DNA from: an uncultured Oscillospiraceae bacterium
GTDB taxonomy: Bacteria > Bacillota > Clostridia > RUG12999
Length of the DNA: 64,000 nucleotides
Reading direction: 5' to 3'
NCBI GenBank assembly: GCA_964418245.1
Contig: CAYQKW010000001.1
Span: 1,101 to 65,100 of the forward strand
In this document: positions 35,845 to 46,724 of the stretch, piece by piece
Numbering within the stretch: the first letter of the stretch is position 1
How the letters are laid out: each line of letters starts with the position of its first letter
Made by a program: the position numbers and the translations under genes
Notes under the pieces: model-generated
Databases searched by the model: none
Told to the model about the DNA's origin: nothing
What the model saw: only the letters and a program-made list of their open reading frames with translations

Positions 35845-36438
35845 ATGGCAGATATTCAAACCGAGAAAAAACTCGGTAACTTTAAAAATCTGATAATGAA
35901 AGATATAGAAGAAAAAAAAGAACTGTACGACAAGGAACTTGAAGAATATAAAACGGTACTCGAAAATTCGGTAAAAGACGAGGCTTTGCAAAGGGCTTAC
36001 GGAGTTATCCAACGTGAAAAAAACGCAATTATAAAAGAACGTCACGAAAAAGAATCGAGATTTGCGGCAGAAAAAAAGAAAGAACTTTTGAAATATCGTG
36101 ATGAAATTCTGAACAAAATATATTCACAGCTTGATAAACGCCTTGAGGAATATCGAAAAACGCCCGAATATGAACAGTTTATGGTTAAAACCGTAACCGA
36201 TGCAAAAAACGCACTCGGCGGCGGTGATGTTACGGCATATATCGATAAAGCGGATGAATTTATGTCGGAAAAACTTGAAAAAGCAACGGGTGCAAAAATT
36301 GAAGTGACTGAAAATAAAATCATAGGCGGTGCAAGAGTTAAATGTATGACGGGGAATATGATATGCGACAATTCTCTTGCCGAAAAGCTTAATGAAAATA
36401 AAACGGAGTTTTTTGAAAAATCCGGTTTATTTATTTAA
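35845..36438 (+). CDS. ntpE: V-type ATPase subunit E
   Basis: 197 aa with an N-terminal long helix plus a C-terminal globular domain, in the expected operon position. Confidence 0.8.
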   Translation: MADIQTEKKLGNFKNLIMKDIEEKKELYDKELEEYKTVLENSVKDEALQRAYGVIQREKNAIIKERHEKESRFAAEKKKELLKYRDEILNKIYSQLDKRLEEYRKTPEYEQFMVKTVTDAKNALGGGDVTAYIDKADEFMSEKLEKATGAKIEVTENKIIGGARVKCMTGNMICDNSLAEKLNENKTEFFEKSGLFI

Positions 36439-36461
36439 AAAACGCGGTGAGGTGGAATACA

Positions 36462-38225
36462 GTGGCAGAAGGTAAAATTTACGGAATAAACGGACCGGTT
36501 GTGAGTGTGCGCGACGTAAACGAATTTAAAATGATGGAAATGGTGAAAGTCGGGGACGATGCGTTAATCGGTGAAGTTATAGGAATATCGCAGAAAGAAA
36601 CCACAATACAGGTATACGAACCCACGGCGGGTATAAAACCGGGCGAACCGGTTGTCGGAACGGGAAGCCAGCTTTCGGTAACGTTGGCACCGGGTATAAT
36701 CGGCAGTATATTTGACGGAATACAGCGTCCGCTTAATGTTATCGAAAACATATGCGGAGATGGTTTCATCAAAAGAGGAATTGATGTAAGTTCGCTTGAT
36801 ACGGAGAAAAAATGGAAAACAAAAGTTCTTGCGAAATGCGGTGATAAGGTGAGCGGCGGCAGTGTTATAGCCACGGTTGAAGAAACACCGGCAATTCTTC
36901 ATAAGGTAATGGTTCCGCCTGATATATCGGGAACGGTGCTGGCGGCAGCAGCCGACGGAGAATATAACATAACGGAAAATCTTGTGCGTATCGAAACCGA
37001 AAAAGGTGTTGTTGAGATACCAATGATGCAGAAATGGCCGATAAGAAGCGCACGTCCGTATTTATACAGACGTCCGATAGAAAAATTGCTTGTAACGGGT
37101 CAGCGTGTTATAGATACAATGTTCCCGATAGCAAAAGGCGGAACAGCGGCAATACCGGGCGGATTCGGTACGGGAAAAACAATGACACAGCATCAGTTGG
37201 CAAAATTTGCGGATGCGGATTTGATAGTATATATCGGATGTGGGGAACGCGGAAACGAAATGACACAGGTTCTTGAAGAATTTCAGGGGCTTATTGACCC
37301 ACGCACAAAACGTCCGCTCATGGACAGAACAATACTTATAGCAAATACATCAAATATGCCGGTTGCGGCACGTGAGGCATCCATTTATACGGGTATTACA
37401 ATAGCGGAATATTATCGTGATATGGGTTATCATGTCGCTATTATGGCAGATTCCACGTCGCGTTGGGCAGAAGCACTTCGCGAAATTTCGGGTCGTCTTG
37501 AAGAAATGCCGGCGGAAGAAGGTTTTCCGGCATATTTGCCGTCAAGACTTTCGGAGTTCTATGAACGTGCCGGTTTTGTTGATAACTTCAACGGAACACA
37601 GGGGTCGGTTTCCATTATAGGTGCGGTATCTCCGCAGGGCGGTGATTTTTCCGAACCCGTAACTCAAAATACAAAAAGATTCATAAGATGTTTCTGGGCA
37701 CTTGATAAAAGTTTGGCATATTCCAGACACTATCCGGCAATAAACTGGATAGACAGTTACAGCGAATATCAGGACGAACTTGAACGCTGGTACGATGAAA
37801 ATGTCGGTGAGAAATTTATGCAATACAGAGAACGCTTTATTTCCATATTGCAGGAAGAAAGCAAACTTATGGAAATCGTTAAGCTGATAGGCAGTGATGT
37901 TTTGCCCGACAGCCAAAGACTTGATATTGAAATTGCAAAGGTTATACGTGTCGGATATTTACAGCAGAATGCATTTCATGCGGAGGATACGTGCGTTCCG
38001 CTTGAAAAACAGTATAAGATGATGGAAGTTATTCTGTATCTTTACGATAAATGCAGAACACTGACCGCAAAAAATATTCCGCTGTCAAGAATAAAGAAAT
38101 TCGGAATGTTTGAAAAACTTATAAATATTAAATATGATGTTAAAAACAGTGAAACCGATAAACTCAACGGATATATGCGTGAAATTGACGAAATGTATCT
38201 TAAGTTGATGAAAGAATACGAATAG
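36462..38225 (+). CDS. ntpA: V-type ATPase catalytic subunit A
   Basis: Walker A GGFGTGKT and the family-wide pattern. GTG start after a GAGGTGG RBS; the track start is a GTG at 36447. Confidence 0.95.
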   Translation: MAEGKIYGINGPVVSVRDVNEFKMMEMVKVGDDALIGEVIGISQKETTIQVYEPTAGIKPGEPVVGTGSQLSVTLAPGIIGSIFDGIQRPLNVIENICGDGFIKRGIDVSSLDTEKKWKTKVLAKCGDKVSGGSVIATVEETPAILHKVMVPPDISGTVLAAAADGEYNITENLVRIETEKGVVEIPMMQKWPIRSARPYLYRRPIEKLLVTGQRVIDTMFPIAKGGTAAIPGGFGTGKTMTQHQLAKFADADLIVYIGCGERGNEMTQVLEEFQGLIDPRTKRPLMDRTILIANTSNMPVAAREASIYTGITIAEYYRDMGYHVAIMADSTSRWAEALREISGRLEEMPAEEGFPAYLPSRLSEFYERAGFVDNFNGTQGSVSIIGAVSPQGGDFSEPVTQNTKRFIRCFWALDKSLAYSRHYPAINWIDSYSEYQDELERWYDENVGEKFMQYRERFISILQEESKLMEIVKLIGSDVLPDSQRLDIEIAKVIRVGYLQQNAFHAEDTCVPLEKQYKMMEVILYLYDKCRTLTAKNIPLSRIKKFGMFEKLINIKYDVKNSETDKLNGYMREIDEMYLKLMKEYE

Positions 38226-38235
38226 AGGCGAAAAT

Positions 38236-39636
38236 ATGGCAATAGAATATATGGGGCTTAGCGACATAAACGGTCCGCTTGTGGCAATCGAAGGTGTTCG
38301 CGGAGCCGCCAACGAAGAAATTGTGGATATATTTTTGGATAACGGCGAAAAAAGAACCGGTCAGGTAATAACGCTTAAGGGTGATGTTGCCGTGGTACAG
38401 GTTTTTGAGGGAAGCAGCGGAATGTCAAGAGTAAACGCAACATCAAAGTTTACGGGGCATACACTTCACATACCGGCGTCAAAAGAGATGCTCGGAAGAA
38501 TTTTTGACGGTGCCGGTCGTCCGATAGATGGACTGGGTGATATTTATCCCGAAAAAAGACTTGACATTAACGGAAGCCCTATCAATCCCGTATCAAGAGA
38601 ATATCCGCAGAACTTTATACAAACGGGTATATCGTCTATAGATGCACTCACAACTCTTATAAGAGGGCAGAAACTGCCTATCTTTTCGGGCAGCGGACTT
38701 ACACATGACCAGCTTGCCGTGCAGATTGCGAGACAGGCAAAAACGTACGGTGATGAAGAATTTGCGATTGTATTTGCCGCAATGGGCGTAAAGCACGACG
38801 TTGCCAATTTCTTTAAAAAGAGTTTTGAAGAAAGCGGCGCACTCGAAAGGGTTGTTATGTTCCTCAACCTTTCAAACGACCCGGTTGTTGAAAGAATAGT
38901 TACACCGAGATGCGCACTCACGGCGGCGGAATATCTTGCGTTTGAACACGATATGCAAGTGCTTGTAATTTTAACGGATATGACATCATATGCCGAAGCG
39001 GTGCGTGAAGTATCTTCTTCAAAGGGTGAAATTCCGTCACGAAAAGGTTATCCGGGATATTTGTACAGTGATTTGGCAACGCTTTATGAGCGTGCCGGCA
39101 TGATAAAAGGCAAAAAAGGTTCGGTAACGCAAATACCCATACTGACCATGCCCAATAATGATATAACACATCCGATTCCCGATTTAACAGGTTATATAAC
39201 CGAAGGTCAAATTGTGCTGGAACGTGAATTGCAGCTTAACGGTATATATCCGCCGATAAATGTTCTGCCGTCACTTTCAAGACTTATGAAAGACGGTATA
39301 GGCGAGGGCTTTACAAGAGAAGACCACCCGGCTGTGTCGAATCAGCTGTTTGCGGCATATGCAAGGGTTGCCGAAGCAAAGGCACTTGCGTCCGTAATAG
39401 GTGAAGACGAACTTTCAGATACCGATAAGTCTTATATCAGGTTCGGCAAAGCTTTTGAAAGCCGTTTTTTGAAACAGGATAAATACGAGAACCGAACAAT
39501 TGCTCAAACACTTGATTTGGCATGGGAACTTTTATCCATGCTTCCGAGAACCGAACTTGACAGGGTGGAAGCAAAATATCTTGATAAATATTACAATCTG
39601 AGTATAGCGGATGAAAATTCCGAAACGAATGAATAA
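38236..39636 (+). CDS. ntpB: V-type ATPase subunit B
   Basis: [17 protein letters not shown]... shows the non-catalytic B subunit pattern. Confidence 0.95.
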   Translation: MAIEYMGLSDINGPLVAIEGVRGAANEEIVDIFLDNGEKRTGQVITLKGDVAVVQVFEGSSGMSRVNATSKFTGHTLHIPASKEMLGRIFDGAGRPIDGLGDIYPEKRLDINGSPINPVSREYPQNFIQTGISSIDALTTLIRGQKLPIFSGSGLTHDQLAVQIARQAKTYGDEEFAIVFAAMGVKHDVANFFKKSFEESGALERVVMFLNLSNDPVVERIVTPRCALTAAEYLAFEHDMQVLVILTDMTSYAEAVREVSSSKGEIPSRKGYPGYLYSDLATLYERAGMIKGKKGSVTQIPILTMPNNDITHPIPDLTGYITEGQIVLERELQLNGIYPPINVLPSLSRLMKDGIGEGFTREDHPAVSNQLFAAYARVAEAKALASVIGEDELSDTDKSYIRFGKAFESRFLKQDKYENRTIAQTLDLAWELLSMLPRTELDRVEAKYLDKYYNLSIADENSETNE

Positions 39637-39667
39637 AGTAATTTATAAACCGGGGGAGGCGGCTTGA

Positions 39668-40294
39668 TTGGCAGAAACCGTTTTTGCGACAAAAGGAAAC
39701 CTTATGATGATGAAAAATTCGCTTAAGCTTTCAAAACAGGGATATGAACTCATGGACAAAAAACGCACCATTCTTATAAACGAAATGATGCGGCTTATAA
39801 GCGAAGCGGAAGAAATTCAGTCGCAGATAGACTCAACTTTTAAAAATGCATATGCCGCATTGCAGAATGCAAATATAACCGAGGGCATAAGCATGGTTAA
39901 AGATATAGCGGAAGCGATACCGATAGATAACAGTATATCTGTCAGATTCAGAAGTGTTATGGGTGTTGAAATCCCCGAAGTTAGCTACAGCGAACACGAG
40001 CTTCACCCGTCATACGGATTTATGAGTTCTGTGATAGCACTTGATGAAGCATATGAATATTTTGAAAAAGTAAGACGGCTCACATTGAAACTTGCAGAGG
40101 TTGAAACCGCCGTATATAGGCTTGCGGTCAATATACGCAAAACACAGAAACGCGCAAATGCACTGAAAAATATCATAATTCCCAAATATACGGCAGTGAT
40201 AAGCAATATCATAAATGTTCTTGACGAAAAGGAACGTGAAGAATTTACAAGACTTAAAGTCATAAAAAGACAAAAATTAAACAAAGAGGAATAG
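39668..40294 (+). CDS. ntpD: V-type ATPase subunit D (central stalk)
   Basis: ATKGNLMMMKNSLKLSKQGYELMDKKR signature. TTG start 8 nt after a GGGGGAGG RBS. Confidence 0.9.
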   Translation: MAETVFATKGNLMMMKNSLKLSKQGYELMDKKRTILINEMMRLISEAEEIQSQIDSTFKNAYAALQNANITEGISMVKDIAEAIPIDNSISVRFRSVMGVEIPEVSYSEHELHPSYGFMSSVIALDEAYEYFEKVRRLTLKLAEVETAVYRLAVNIRKTQKRANALKNIIIPKYTAVISNIINVLDEKEREEFTRLKVIKRQKLNKEE

Positions 40295-40302
40295 AATGTA
40301 TA

Positions 40303-40339
40303 AATCCGCGGGTGCAACGTTGCATCTGCGGATTGTTTT
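40303..40339 (+). terminator. Rho-independent terminator of the V-ATPase operon
   Basis: AATCCGCgGgTGCAACG/TTGCAtCtGCGGATT hairpin followed by gtttta. Confidence 0.7.
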
Positions 40340-40397
40340 AACCCCGGTGAAGCTCTTTGATAAGATTGTCGGCGGCATTTTGAACGAATCTTTTTAA

Positions 40398-40502
40398 ATT
40401 TTTACGGAATATCGGCAATACAATATATATTATTTCTGCCGATATTTCAAAAAATCGGTCGGGCTTACTCCGAGTGAATATAAATATGGGAAAAACTCTT
40501 GA
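40398..40502 (+). pseudogene. Remnant of the C-terminal HTH of an AraC/XylS-family regulator
   Basis: Frame translation IFTEYRQYNIYYFCRYFKKSVGLTPSEYKYGKNS* matches the AraC-family C-terminal consensus (..YF.R.FKK..G.TPSEY..). A stop lies immediately upstream and there is no N-terminal part. Confidence 0.45.
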
Positions 40503-40668
40503 CATTTTATGTGGTAATAGTATATAATATATATACCAAAACCGATTCATATTGAAATCGCATATGCGATTTTCGATATATGCCGAAATATCAGCGGTTC
40601 AATATGCTGTCTGAGGTAACAAGGCAGGGCGGCTGAAAAACAAAATAAAAAACAAAAGGAAGAATATC

Positions 40669-41715
40669 ATGTCATCTGATGTAAAAATAAGCAGATTTAC
40701 CAATATTGACATTTTAAAGTGCCTTTGCGCTTTCATGGTAGTGTGTCTGCATGTTCCTTTGCCGAATCCGGCAGGGTCGATTATTATCACGTTATCGAGA
40801 ACAGCGGTTCCTATTTTCTTTATGATTACGGGTTTCTTTTATTCCGATACGGTTGAACGTAATGATGAAAAACGGCAAATTGTAAAAATTCTGAAGTTAA
40901 TTGTGTTTTCAAATCTTGCTTATTTTATATGGAATTTGATGATTGGAACGGTTGTGTATATATTAAGCGGAGATGTAAATTCTTTTGCGCATATAGTAAA
41001 TATATTCAATATGTTTTCAAAAAATGCGGTTGAAATTTTTTTGTGCAATGTTTCTCCGTTTGCGGGGCATCTTTGGTATTTGAACGCAATATTATATGTT
41101 CTTGTTGTTGCATATATAATGAGAAAATCCGGTAAATTCAAAGTTTTATATTACCTTACTCCGGTTTTGCTTTGCGCCGACCTGATTTTCGGGAAATATT
41201 CCGTTGCAATATTCGGAAAGAGTTTTGGTGTTGTATATGTAAGAAATTTTCTTTGTGTCGGTATTCCGTATTTTATGCTCGGAAATGCCATAAGATATGC
41301 TTATGTGCATCACAATAAAGAAAGTGTTTTTTGCCGAAAATCTTTGCTGATTTTAGGTACCGTTATATTTGCGGTGCTGTGTGTGGCAGAAAATCATATC
41401 ATCGTTTCGCTTGGGATAAATTCGGAAAGAGACCACTATATTACCACCACTTTTCTTGCATGTATGCTCTTTATCCTGTTTTTAAATTTATTTAAAAATA
41501 TAAATGACAAAAACATATTTGCGGTTATAGGCCGAAAATATTCTTCGTTAATTTATATTTTGCACATAATGGTTAGGACTGTCTTTAATATTGCCGCAAA
41601 AGTGTTGCCGTTCGGAACGGTTTACTCATATGTTGCACCTGTGGCTGTTTTCGCCGCAACGGCGGTTATAGCCGTGTTATACAGCAAGTTAATACATATC
41701 CGCAAAACTAAGTAA
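40669..41715 (+). CDS. Acyltransferase family 3 membrane protein (O-acyltransferase)
   Basis: About 10 TM segments. N-terminal RFTNIDILKCLCAFMVVCLHV fits the Acyl_transf_3 pattern. Confidence 0.8.
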   Translation: MSSDVKISRFTNIDILKCLCAFMVVCLHVPLPNPAGSIIITLSRTAVPIFFMITGFFYSDTVERNDEKRQIVKILKLIVFSNLAYFIWNLMIGTVVYILSGDVNSFAHIVNIFNMFSKNAVEIFLCNVSPFAGHLWYLNAILYVLVVAYIMRKSGKFKVLYYLTPVLLCADLIFGKYSVAIFGKSFGVVYVRNFLCVGIPYFMLGNAIRYAYVHHNKESVFCRKSLLILGTVIFAVLCVAENHIIVSLGINSERDHYITTTFLACMLFILFLNLFKNINDKNIFAVIGRKYSSLIYILHIMVRTVFNIAAKVLPFGTVYSYVAPVAVFAATAVIAVLYSKLIHIRKTK

Positions 41716-41761
41716 TAAAATGTATAAAAATAATAGCCGAATCAAAGGATTTTTGAAAGTT

Positions 41762-42301
41762 TCAAGAAGAATGCTTTAATTCGGTTATATTTTTAATCTT
41801 TCGGCTTATCACCGCGGCAAGAATAATTTTTACGGCATCAAACGGAATAAACGGCAGTACGCATATCGTAACGGCGGTTTTAAATCCGGAAAAGTTTTTT
41901 GTATATAACAGCATATATTGCAAACAGCCGATAATATAGCATATCATCAACCCAAAAACCATCGAAAACACTGAGGCGACGGTGGATTTTTTGAAACGTT
42001 CGGTAAAGAACCCAATGACGGCGGCAGAAAACAGAAATCCCCATATAAATCCTCCGGTCGGACCGCAAATCACACCTATACCGCTGTTGAACCCAGAAAA
42101 AACGGGAAGACCGAGAATGCCGAGCAACATATAAATCAACACGCTTAAAACACCGTTTTTAAAGCCCAGAACAGCGGAACTCAGAAAAAACGCAAAAGTT
42201 TGCATTGTGAAAGGGATGGCACCGATACTTGCGGAAATTTGTGCACATATTACGGTAACGGCAGTGAAAAATGAAATTTTTGTCATGTCACGTATATTCA
42301 T
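41762..42301 (-). CDS. bioY: Biotin transporter BioY (ECF S-component)
   Basis: TKISFFTAVTVICAQISASIGAIPFTMQTFAFFLS...GPTGGFIWGF BioY pattern. Start at MNIRDM after an AAGAGG RBS. The first 47 codons of the track ORF are upstream read-through. Confidence 0.9.
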   Translation of the reverse strand: MNIRDMTKISFFTAVTVICAQISASIGAIPFTMQTFAFFLSSAVLGFKNGVLSVLIYMLLGILGLPVFSGFNSGIGVICGPTGGFIWGFLFSAAVIGFFTERFKKSTVASVFSMVFGLMICYIIGCLQYMLLYTKNFSGFKTAVTICVLPFIPFDAVKIILAAVISRKIKNITELKHSS

Positions 42302-42332
42302 TGGCAACCTCTTTTTTGAATTTTGCATTTTA

Positions 42333-42361
42333 ATTCTATCATAAAAAGGACAGGTTGTCAA
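42333..42361 (-). promoter_or_regulatory. Sigma-A type promoter for bioY
   Basis: Minus strand: TTGACA, 17-nt spacer, TAGAAT. Confidence 0.5.
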
Positions 42362-42373
42362 GCGTATTTTGAT

Positions 42374-42401
42374 GTGACCCCAAAAAATTTGTAGGTTTAC
42401 A
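42374..42401 (-). promoter_or_regulatory. Candidate BirA operator
   Basis: Minus strand TGTAAAC-N15-GTCACA is an imperfect inverted repeat. It resembles the Firmicutes BirA box TGTAAAC-N-GTTTACA (from memory) and lies just upstream of the -35. Confidence 0.3.
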
Positions 42402-42486
42402 ATAGATGTGTTACATTCCGACATAAATTTGTTTTTTAGCATTAAATTCTGTTTTAAAATTTATGTCAAAAAAATCAAAAAAGGTA

Positions 42487-42515
42487 TTGTTTATATAAAA
42501 AAAATATGTTATAAT
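42487..42515 (+). promoter_or_regulatory. Sigma-A type promoter
   Basis: TTGTTT, 17-nt spacer, TGt-TATAAT. Confidence 0.45.
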
Positions 42516-42558
42516 ATAAATATGATATTGAAAATTTATTAAACAGGAGTTGTAATTT

Positions 42559-43068
42559 ATGCTTGATTACTTTACCGAAAACATTGTAAAAAGAAAAAAA
42601 GATGCGAAAGACATTGTCCTTTCGGCAATTATTGTTGTGGGTGCTTTGCTTGTGTTTCTTATATTGTGCTACATAGGGCTTCTCACGGGGCTTATGCAGA
42701 TATTGTTTCTGTTTGCCTGCGGTGCTTTGTGGGGTGCATATATTCTGCTCGGCAAACTGAGCATTGAATACGAATATATCGTAACAAACGGCGAGATGGA
42801 CATAGATAAAATTATGCAGCGCCGCAAAAGAAAAAGAATTATAACAATCAAACCAAAAAACATACGCAGCATTGAACCGCTCCGTCCGGATAATTCATCT
42901 TACAAACAGGTTTTGGACGTTTCAAAAAACGATAAAAACGCCGCGGACACATATATGCTTATAACAGAGGATAATATAAAAATAATTTTCAATCCCTCTG
43001 AAAAAATGCTTAAAATATTTGCAAAATTCCGTCCGCAGTGCATGAAAGGGATAAACTTAAATGAATAA
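42559..43068 (+). CDS. Hypothetical membrane protein (2 TM + basic C-terminal domain)
   Basis: AGGAG RBS and two hydrophobic segments. The 3' end overlaps the nnr start by 8 nt. Confidence 0.65.
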   Translation: MLDYFTENIVKRKKDAKDIVLSAIIVVGALLVFLILCYIGLLTGLMQILFLFACGALWGAYILLGKLSIEYEYIVTNGEMDIDKIMQRRKRKRIITIKPKNIRSIEPLRPDNSSYKQVLDVSKNDKNAADTYMLITEDNIKIIFNPSEKMLKIFAKFRPQCMKGINLNE

Positions 43069-44521
43069 TCTTGTATCTGCGGCACAGATGCGTAAACTTG
43101 AACAACGTGCATTTGAAAAAGGTATCTCCGGCGAAGTGCTTATGGAAGAAGCGGCATATGCCGCCGCCTGTGAGATAAAAAAAGATTTTAACAGCACAAA
43201 AACCGTGACCGCGGTATGCGGAAAAGGTAACAACGGCGGTGATGGGCTTGCACTTGCGCGTATCCTTCACTGCATGGGATTTGATGTGAAAATATGTCTT
43301 ACGGATGACACCTTAAAAACAGATTCGGCTCAGCTTAATTTGAAGCTTGCCGAAAGTTTCGGTATTGAATTTACAAAAGAGATACATTCCGATATTGTTA
43401 TCGATGCGATATTCGGTATTGGTATAAAAGGTGCCGCAAACGAACCGTATATTGATAAAATCAACCAAAGCGGAGCATATATCATATCTCTTGATATACC
43501 ATCCGGGGTGTGTGCCGATACCGGTGCGGCAGAGGGGGAAGTCGTCAACGCCGATCTCACCCTCACTTTCGGATACAAAAAATGCGGACTTACGCAATAT
43601 CCCGGTAAACAGCTTGCCGGTGAAATTCGTGTACTTCCCATTTCTGTTCCGTTTGAAACTTCGGGTATTTTTGAAGTAACATCAGTAAACGGTGGGTTAC
43701 CGGAATCGAAACCCGATGATAACAAAGGCTCGCGCGGAAAAGTTCTTATAATTTCGGGCTGTGTCAAATATTTGGGTGCCGCAAAAATGTGTACCCTTGC
43801 CGCACTGCGAACAGGCTGCGGACTTGTTTCTCTCATGCTGCCGAAAAACTTGTGTGCCGTGGTTCAGTCGAGCATTAGCGAGGCTGTTGTACTTCCGCTT
43901 GAATGTACCGACTACATATCATATGACGCATTTATTCAATATGAAAAAGAAATCATGTCTGCCGACAGCATTGTGATAGGTCCGGGGCTTTCGGCTTCCG
44001 ATGAAGTTTTAAAGATTCTTGATTATCTTTCGGATATAGACAAACCCGTAATAATTGATGCAGATGGAATAAATTCTGTTTTCGGGAATATAAATATATT
44101 AAAAAAATATAAAAACGCGGCAATAACTCCGCATCCCGGTGAATTTGCACGACTGTTCGGAACTTCGGTTTACAAAACACAGAACAATCGCATCGAATAC
44201 GCAAGAAATGCGGCATTAGAAACCGGTACGGTGGTTGCTTTGAAAGGGGCATCAACCGTAACCGCCTCACCGGACGGTACTTGCTATATCAATACGACCG
44301 GCAATCCCGGAATGGCAACCGGAGGCAGCGGAGATGTTCTTGCCGGAATAGCCGGTGCACTCTCGGCACGATGCAAAAATTTGACCGAAGCTATGTATCT
44401 TAGCGTATATCTGCACGGATTTGCCGGCGACGCTGTATGTGAAACCATCGGCACAGAGGGAATGCTGCCCACCGACTTAATCAACGCACTTCCCAATGCT
44501 ATTCAAAAGACAAAAATTTGA
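43061..44521 (+). CDS. nnr: Bifunctional NAD(P)H-hydrate repair enzyme Nnr (epimerase + ADP-dependent dehydratase)
   Basis: YjeF_N (CGKGNNGGDG) plus YjeF_C/carbohydrate kinase (GGSGDVLAG) domains. Confidence 0.9.
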   Translation: MNNLVSAAQMRKLEQRAFEKGISGEVLMEEAAYAAACEIKKDFNSTKTVTAVCGKGNNGGDGLALARILHCMGFDVKICLTDDTLKTDSAQLNLKLAESFGIEFTKEIHSDIVIDAIFGIGIKGAANEPYIDKINQSGAYIISLDIPSGVCADTGAAEGEVVNADLTLTFGYKKCGLTQYPGKQLAGEIRVLPISVPFETSGIFEVTSVNGGLPESKPDDNKGSRGKVLIISGCVKYLGAAKMCTLAALRTGCGLVSLMLPKNLCAVVQSSISEAVVLPLECTDYISYDAFIQYEKEIMSADSIVIGPGLSASDEVLKILDYLSDIDKPVIIDADGINSVFGNINILKKYKNAAITPHPGEFARLFGTSVYKTQNNRIEYARNAALETGTVVALKGASTVTASPDGTCYINTTGNPGMATGGSGDVLAGIAGALSARCKNLTEAMYLSVYLHGFAGDAVCETIGTEGMLPTDLINALPNAIQKTKI

Positions 44522-44548
44522 AATTTTTTATTTTTTGGAGGCATAGGT

Positions 44549-45142
44549 ATGAAAAAATTCGGATGTATTGTTTTAATTCTTTTGCTCTGCGGCTGTGAAA
44601 AAATTTCTTTGCCCCATGCAGATACGGAAAAGAGCATTTACGAAACATTTTCCGCGATGCAAAGCTACTCGGCAAGAGTTAAAGTGTTTACATATTCAAA
44701 CACAAACGAAAATGTGTATGAAATGACGCAATATTACGATTATCCGGAAAAATACCGCAGTGAATGCGATGGGAATATAACCGTTATAAACAACGATAAA
44801 GCTTATGTATTTTACGGGACAAAATCCGATAAAGAAATTTTCGATAAGCTGAGCGATAAAAAGAATTTTATGTATCTCAGCAGTTTTTTCGACAAATATT
44901 ACAGAGATGAAAATGCCGGGGTAAAATCATCATCAAAAAACGATAAACTTGTTACTTTAAATGTTGATACGGAATCGGTCAGCAAATATAAACGCCGTGC
45001 CGAGCTTATTATAAACACTTCGGAAATGAAACCGATTTCTTTAAAGATAACGGACGATAAGGGAAAAATATATATGAAAATCGAATATATATCGTTTAAA
45101 ATAAATCCCGAAATCGATTCAAAGCTTTTTGCTGTAAGCTAA
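44549..45142 (+). CDS. Lipoprotein, YdcC/LolA-like
   Basis: Signal peptide with lipobox LLCGC. Its position immediately upstream of alr-mazEF matches B. subtilis ydcC (from memory). Confidence 0.7.
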   Translation: MKKFGCIVLILLLCGCEKISLPHADTEKSIYETFSAMQSYSARVKVFTYSNTNENVYEMTQYYDYPEKYRSECDGNITVINNDKAYVFYGTKSDKEIFDKLSDKKNFMYLSSFFDKYYRDENAGVKSSSKNDKLVTLNVDTESVSKYKRRAELIINTSEMKPISLKITDDKGKIYMKIEYISFKINPEIDSKLFAVS

Positions 45143-45161
45143 AGGAAAGGAAGAACCCAAG

Positions 45162-46331
45162 ATGAACAATGCTTCAAAGAGAACATGGGCCGAAATTGAC
45201 CTTGAAGCTTTGAGAAACAATATGACAAATATTAAAAATTATGTGGGGGAGAATGTGCAGATTCTTGCTGTTGTGAAAGCAGATGCCTATGGTCACGGTG
45301 CGGTGAAATGTGCCGAAATAATGACCGAATGCGGCGTTTCGAGATTTGCCGTTGCCTTTACCGACGAAGCGGTTCAACTTCGTAAACACGGAATAACCCT
45401 GCCGATACAGCTGTTGGGGTATACTCCGCGTGCGGATTATGCCGCACTTATCGAATACGATATAATTCCGGCTGTGTTTTCTTACGATGACGCGGCTGTA
45501 TTGTCGGAAATGGCACTTAAACAGGGGAAAAAACATAAAATTCACATAAAACTCGATACAGGTATGCACCGCATAGGCTTTGACACCGTCTCTCCCGAAA
45601 CAATATCTGAAATTGCCGAAATATCAAAACTCGACGGCATTGAAATTGAAGGCATATTTACTCATTTTTCCTGTGCCGATATGTCTGATGACGACTATAC
45701 TTATATGCAGTTTGACCGGTTCATGCACGTTGTGAACGAACTTGAACGCATTAACGTCCATATTCCGCTTAAACACGTATGCAACAGTGCGGCAACGATA
45801 AAACATAAGGATATGCACCTTGATATGGTTCGCCCCGGAATTATAAATTACGGGCTCATGCCTTCGGAATGTGTGAATATCGATATTTTAAATTTAAAAC
45901 CGGTAATGAGCATAAAAACCAACATCTCTCATATACATTATATTGATAAAGAAGATAAAATCAGTTACGGAGCGGCTTTCACAGCCGATAAAAAAATGAA
46001 AATCGCCACGATACCAATTGGGTATGCAGATGGGTTTCTGCGTACATTTTCCGGAAAAATTCCGGTAATTGCCGGCGGAGAATATGCTGATATTGTCGGA
46101 AGAATTTGTATGGACCAATGTATGATTGACGTAACTTCCGTCAATAATATAAATGTCGGAGATGAAGTAACAATAATCGGCGAGCAAGCCGGAAAACGCA
46201 TAACCGCCGATTATGCGGCTCATGCCGTCGGTACGATAGGATATGAAATTGTGTGTCTTGTCGGTAAAAGGGTGCCGAGATTTTATCTTTGCGGCGGAGG
46301 CGTTGTTGACGTTACAAGCGGATTGGTTTAA
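45162..46331 (+). CDS. alr: Alanine racemase
   Basis: AVVKADAYGHG PLP-Lys motif and overall family pattern. Confidence 0.95.
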   Translation: MNNASKRTWAEIDLEALRNNMTNIKNYVGENVQILAVVKADAYGHGAVKCAEIMTECGVSRFAVAFTDEAVQLRKHGITLPIQLLGYTPRADYAALIEYDIIPAVFSYDDAAVLSEMALKQGKKHKIHIKLDTGMHRIGFDTVSPETISEIAEISKLDGIEIEGIFTHFSCADMSDDDYTYMQFDRFMHVVNELERINVHIPLKHVCNSAATIKHKDMHLDMVRPGIINYGLMPSECVNIDILNLKPVMSIKTNISHIHYIDKEDKISYGAAFTADKKMKIATIPIGYADGFLRTFSGKIPVIAGGEYADIVGRICMDQCMIDVTSVNNINVGDEVTIIGEQAGKRITADYAAHAVGTIGYEIVCLVGKRVPRFYLCGGGVVDVTSGLV

Positions 46332-46338
46332 ATTGCAT

Positions 46339-46367
46339 TTGATTTTTACATAGAAATGTTGTATAAT
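46339..46367 (+). promoter_or_regulatory. Sigma-A type promoter for mazEF
   Basis: TTGATT, 17-nt spacer, TATAAT. Confidence 0.45.
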
Positions 46368-46442
46368 GGTATTATACAATACTATCGGATTTTAAAAATC
46401 GGATGTGTATCCAAACGGTAATGGTTAAAGGGGGCGTGACGC

Positions 46443-46724
46443 TTGCCACAGCAAAAAAAAATATTGCTTACTCTTCCCGACTCCCTCTTGAAAGAGCTTG
46501 ACAATCTTGCAAAAGAGGAAAATATTACAAGAAGCAAGCTGATACGTGAAGCTATGAAAGCTTATGTATCCGACAGAGAAAAAGCCTGTATGCTTGATAG
46601 GCTTAAACGGGGATATATGGAAATGTCGGAAATAAATTCCGATATAGCCGAGTTATGTTTTGACGCCGACAGCGAACTGCTGTATCGGTATGAGGAAAAA
46701 CTTGCGGAGTGTGAGCATAAGTGA
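46443..46724 (+). CDS. mazE: MazE/EndoAI-type antitoxin (ribbon-helix-helix)
   Basis: 93 aa with RHH N-terminus [37 protein letters not shown] start after an AAGGGGG RBS. The GTGA junction overlaps mazF. Confidence 0.85.
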   Translation: MPQQKKILLTLPDSLLKELDNLAKEENITRSKLIREAMKAYVSDREKACMLDRLKRGYMEMSEINSDIAELCFDADSELLYRYEEKLAECEHK

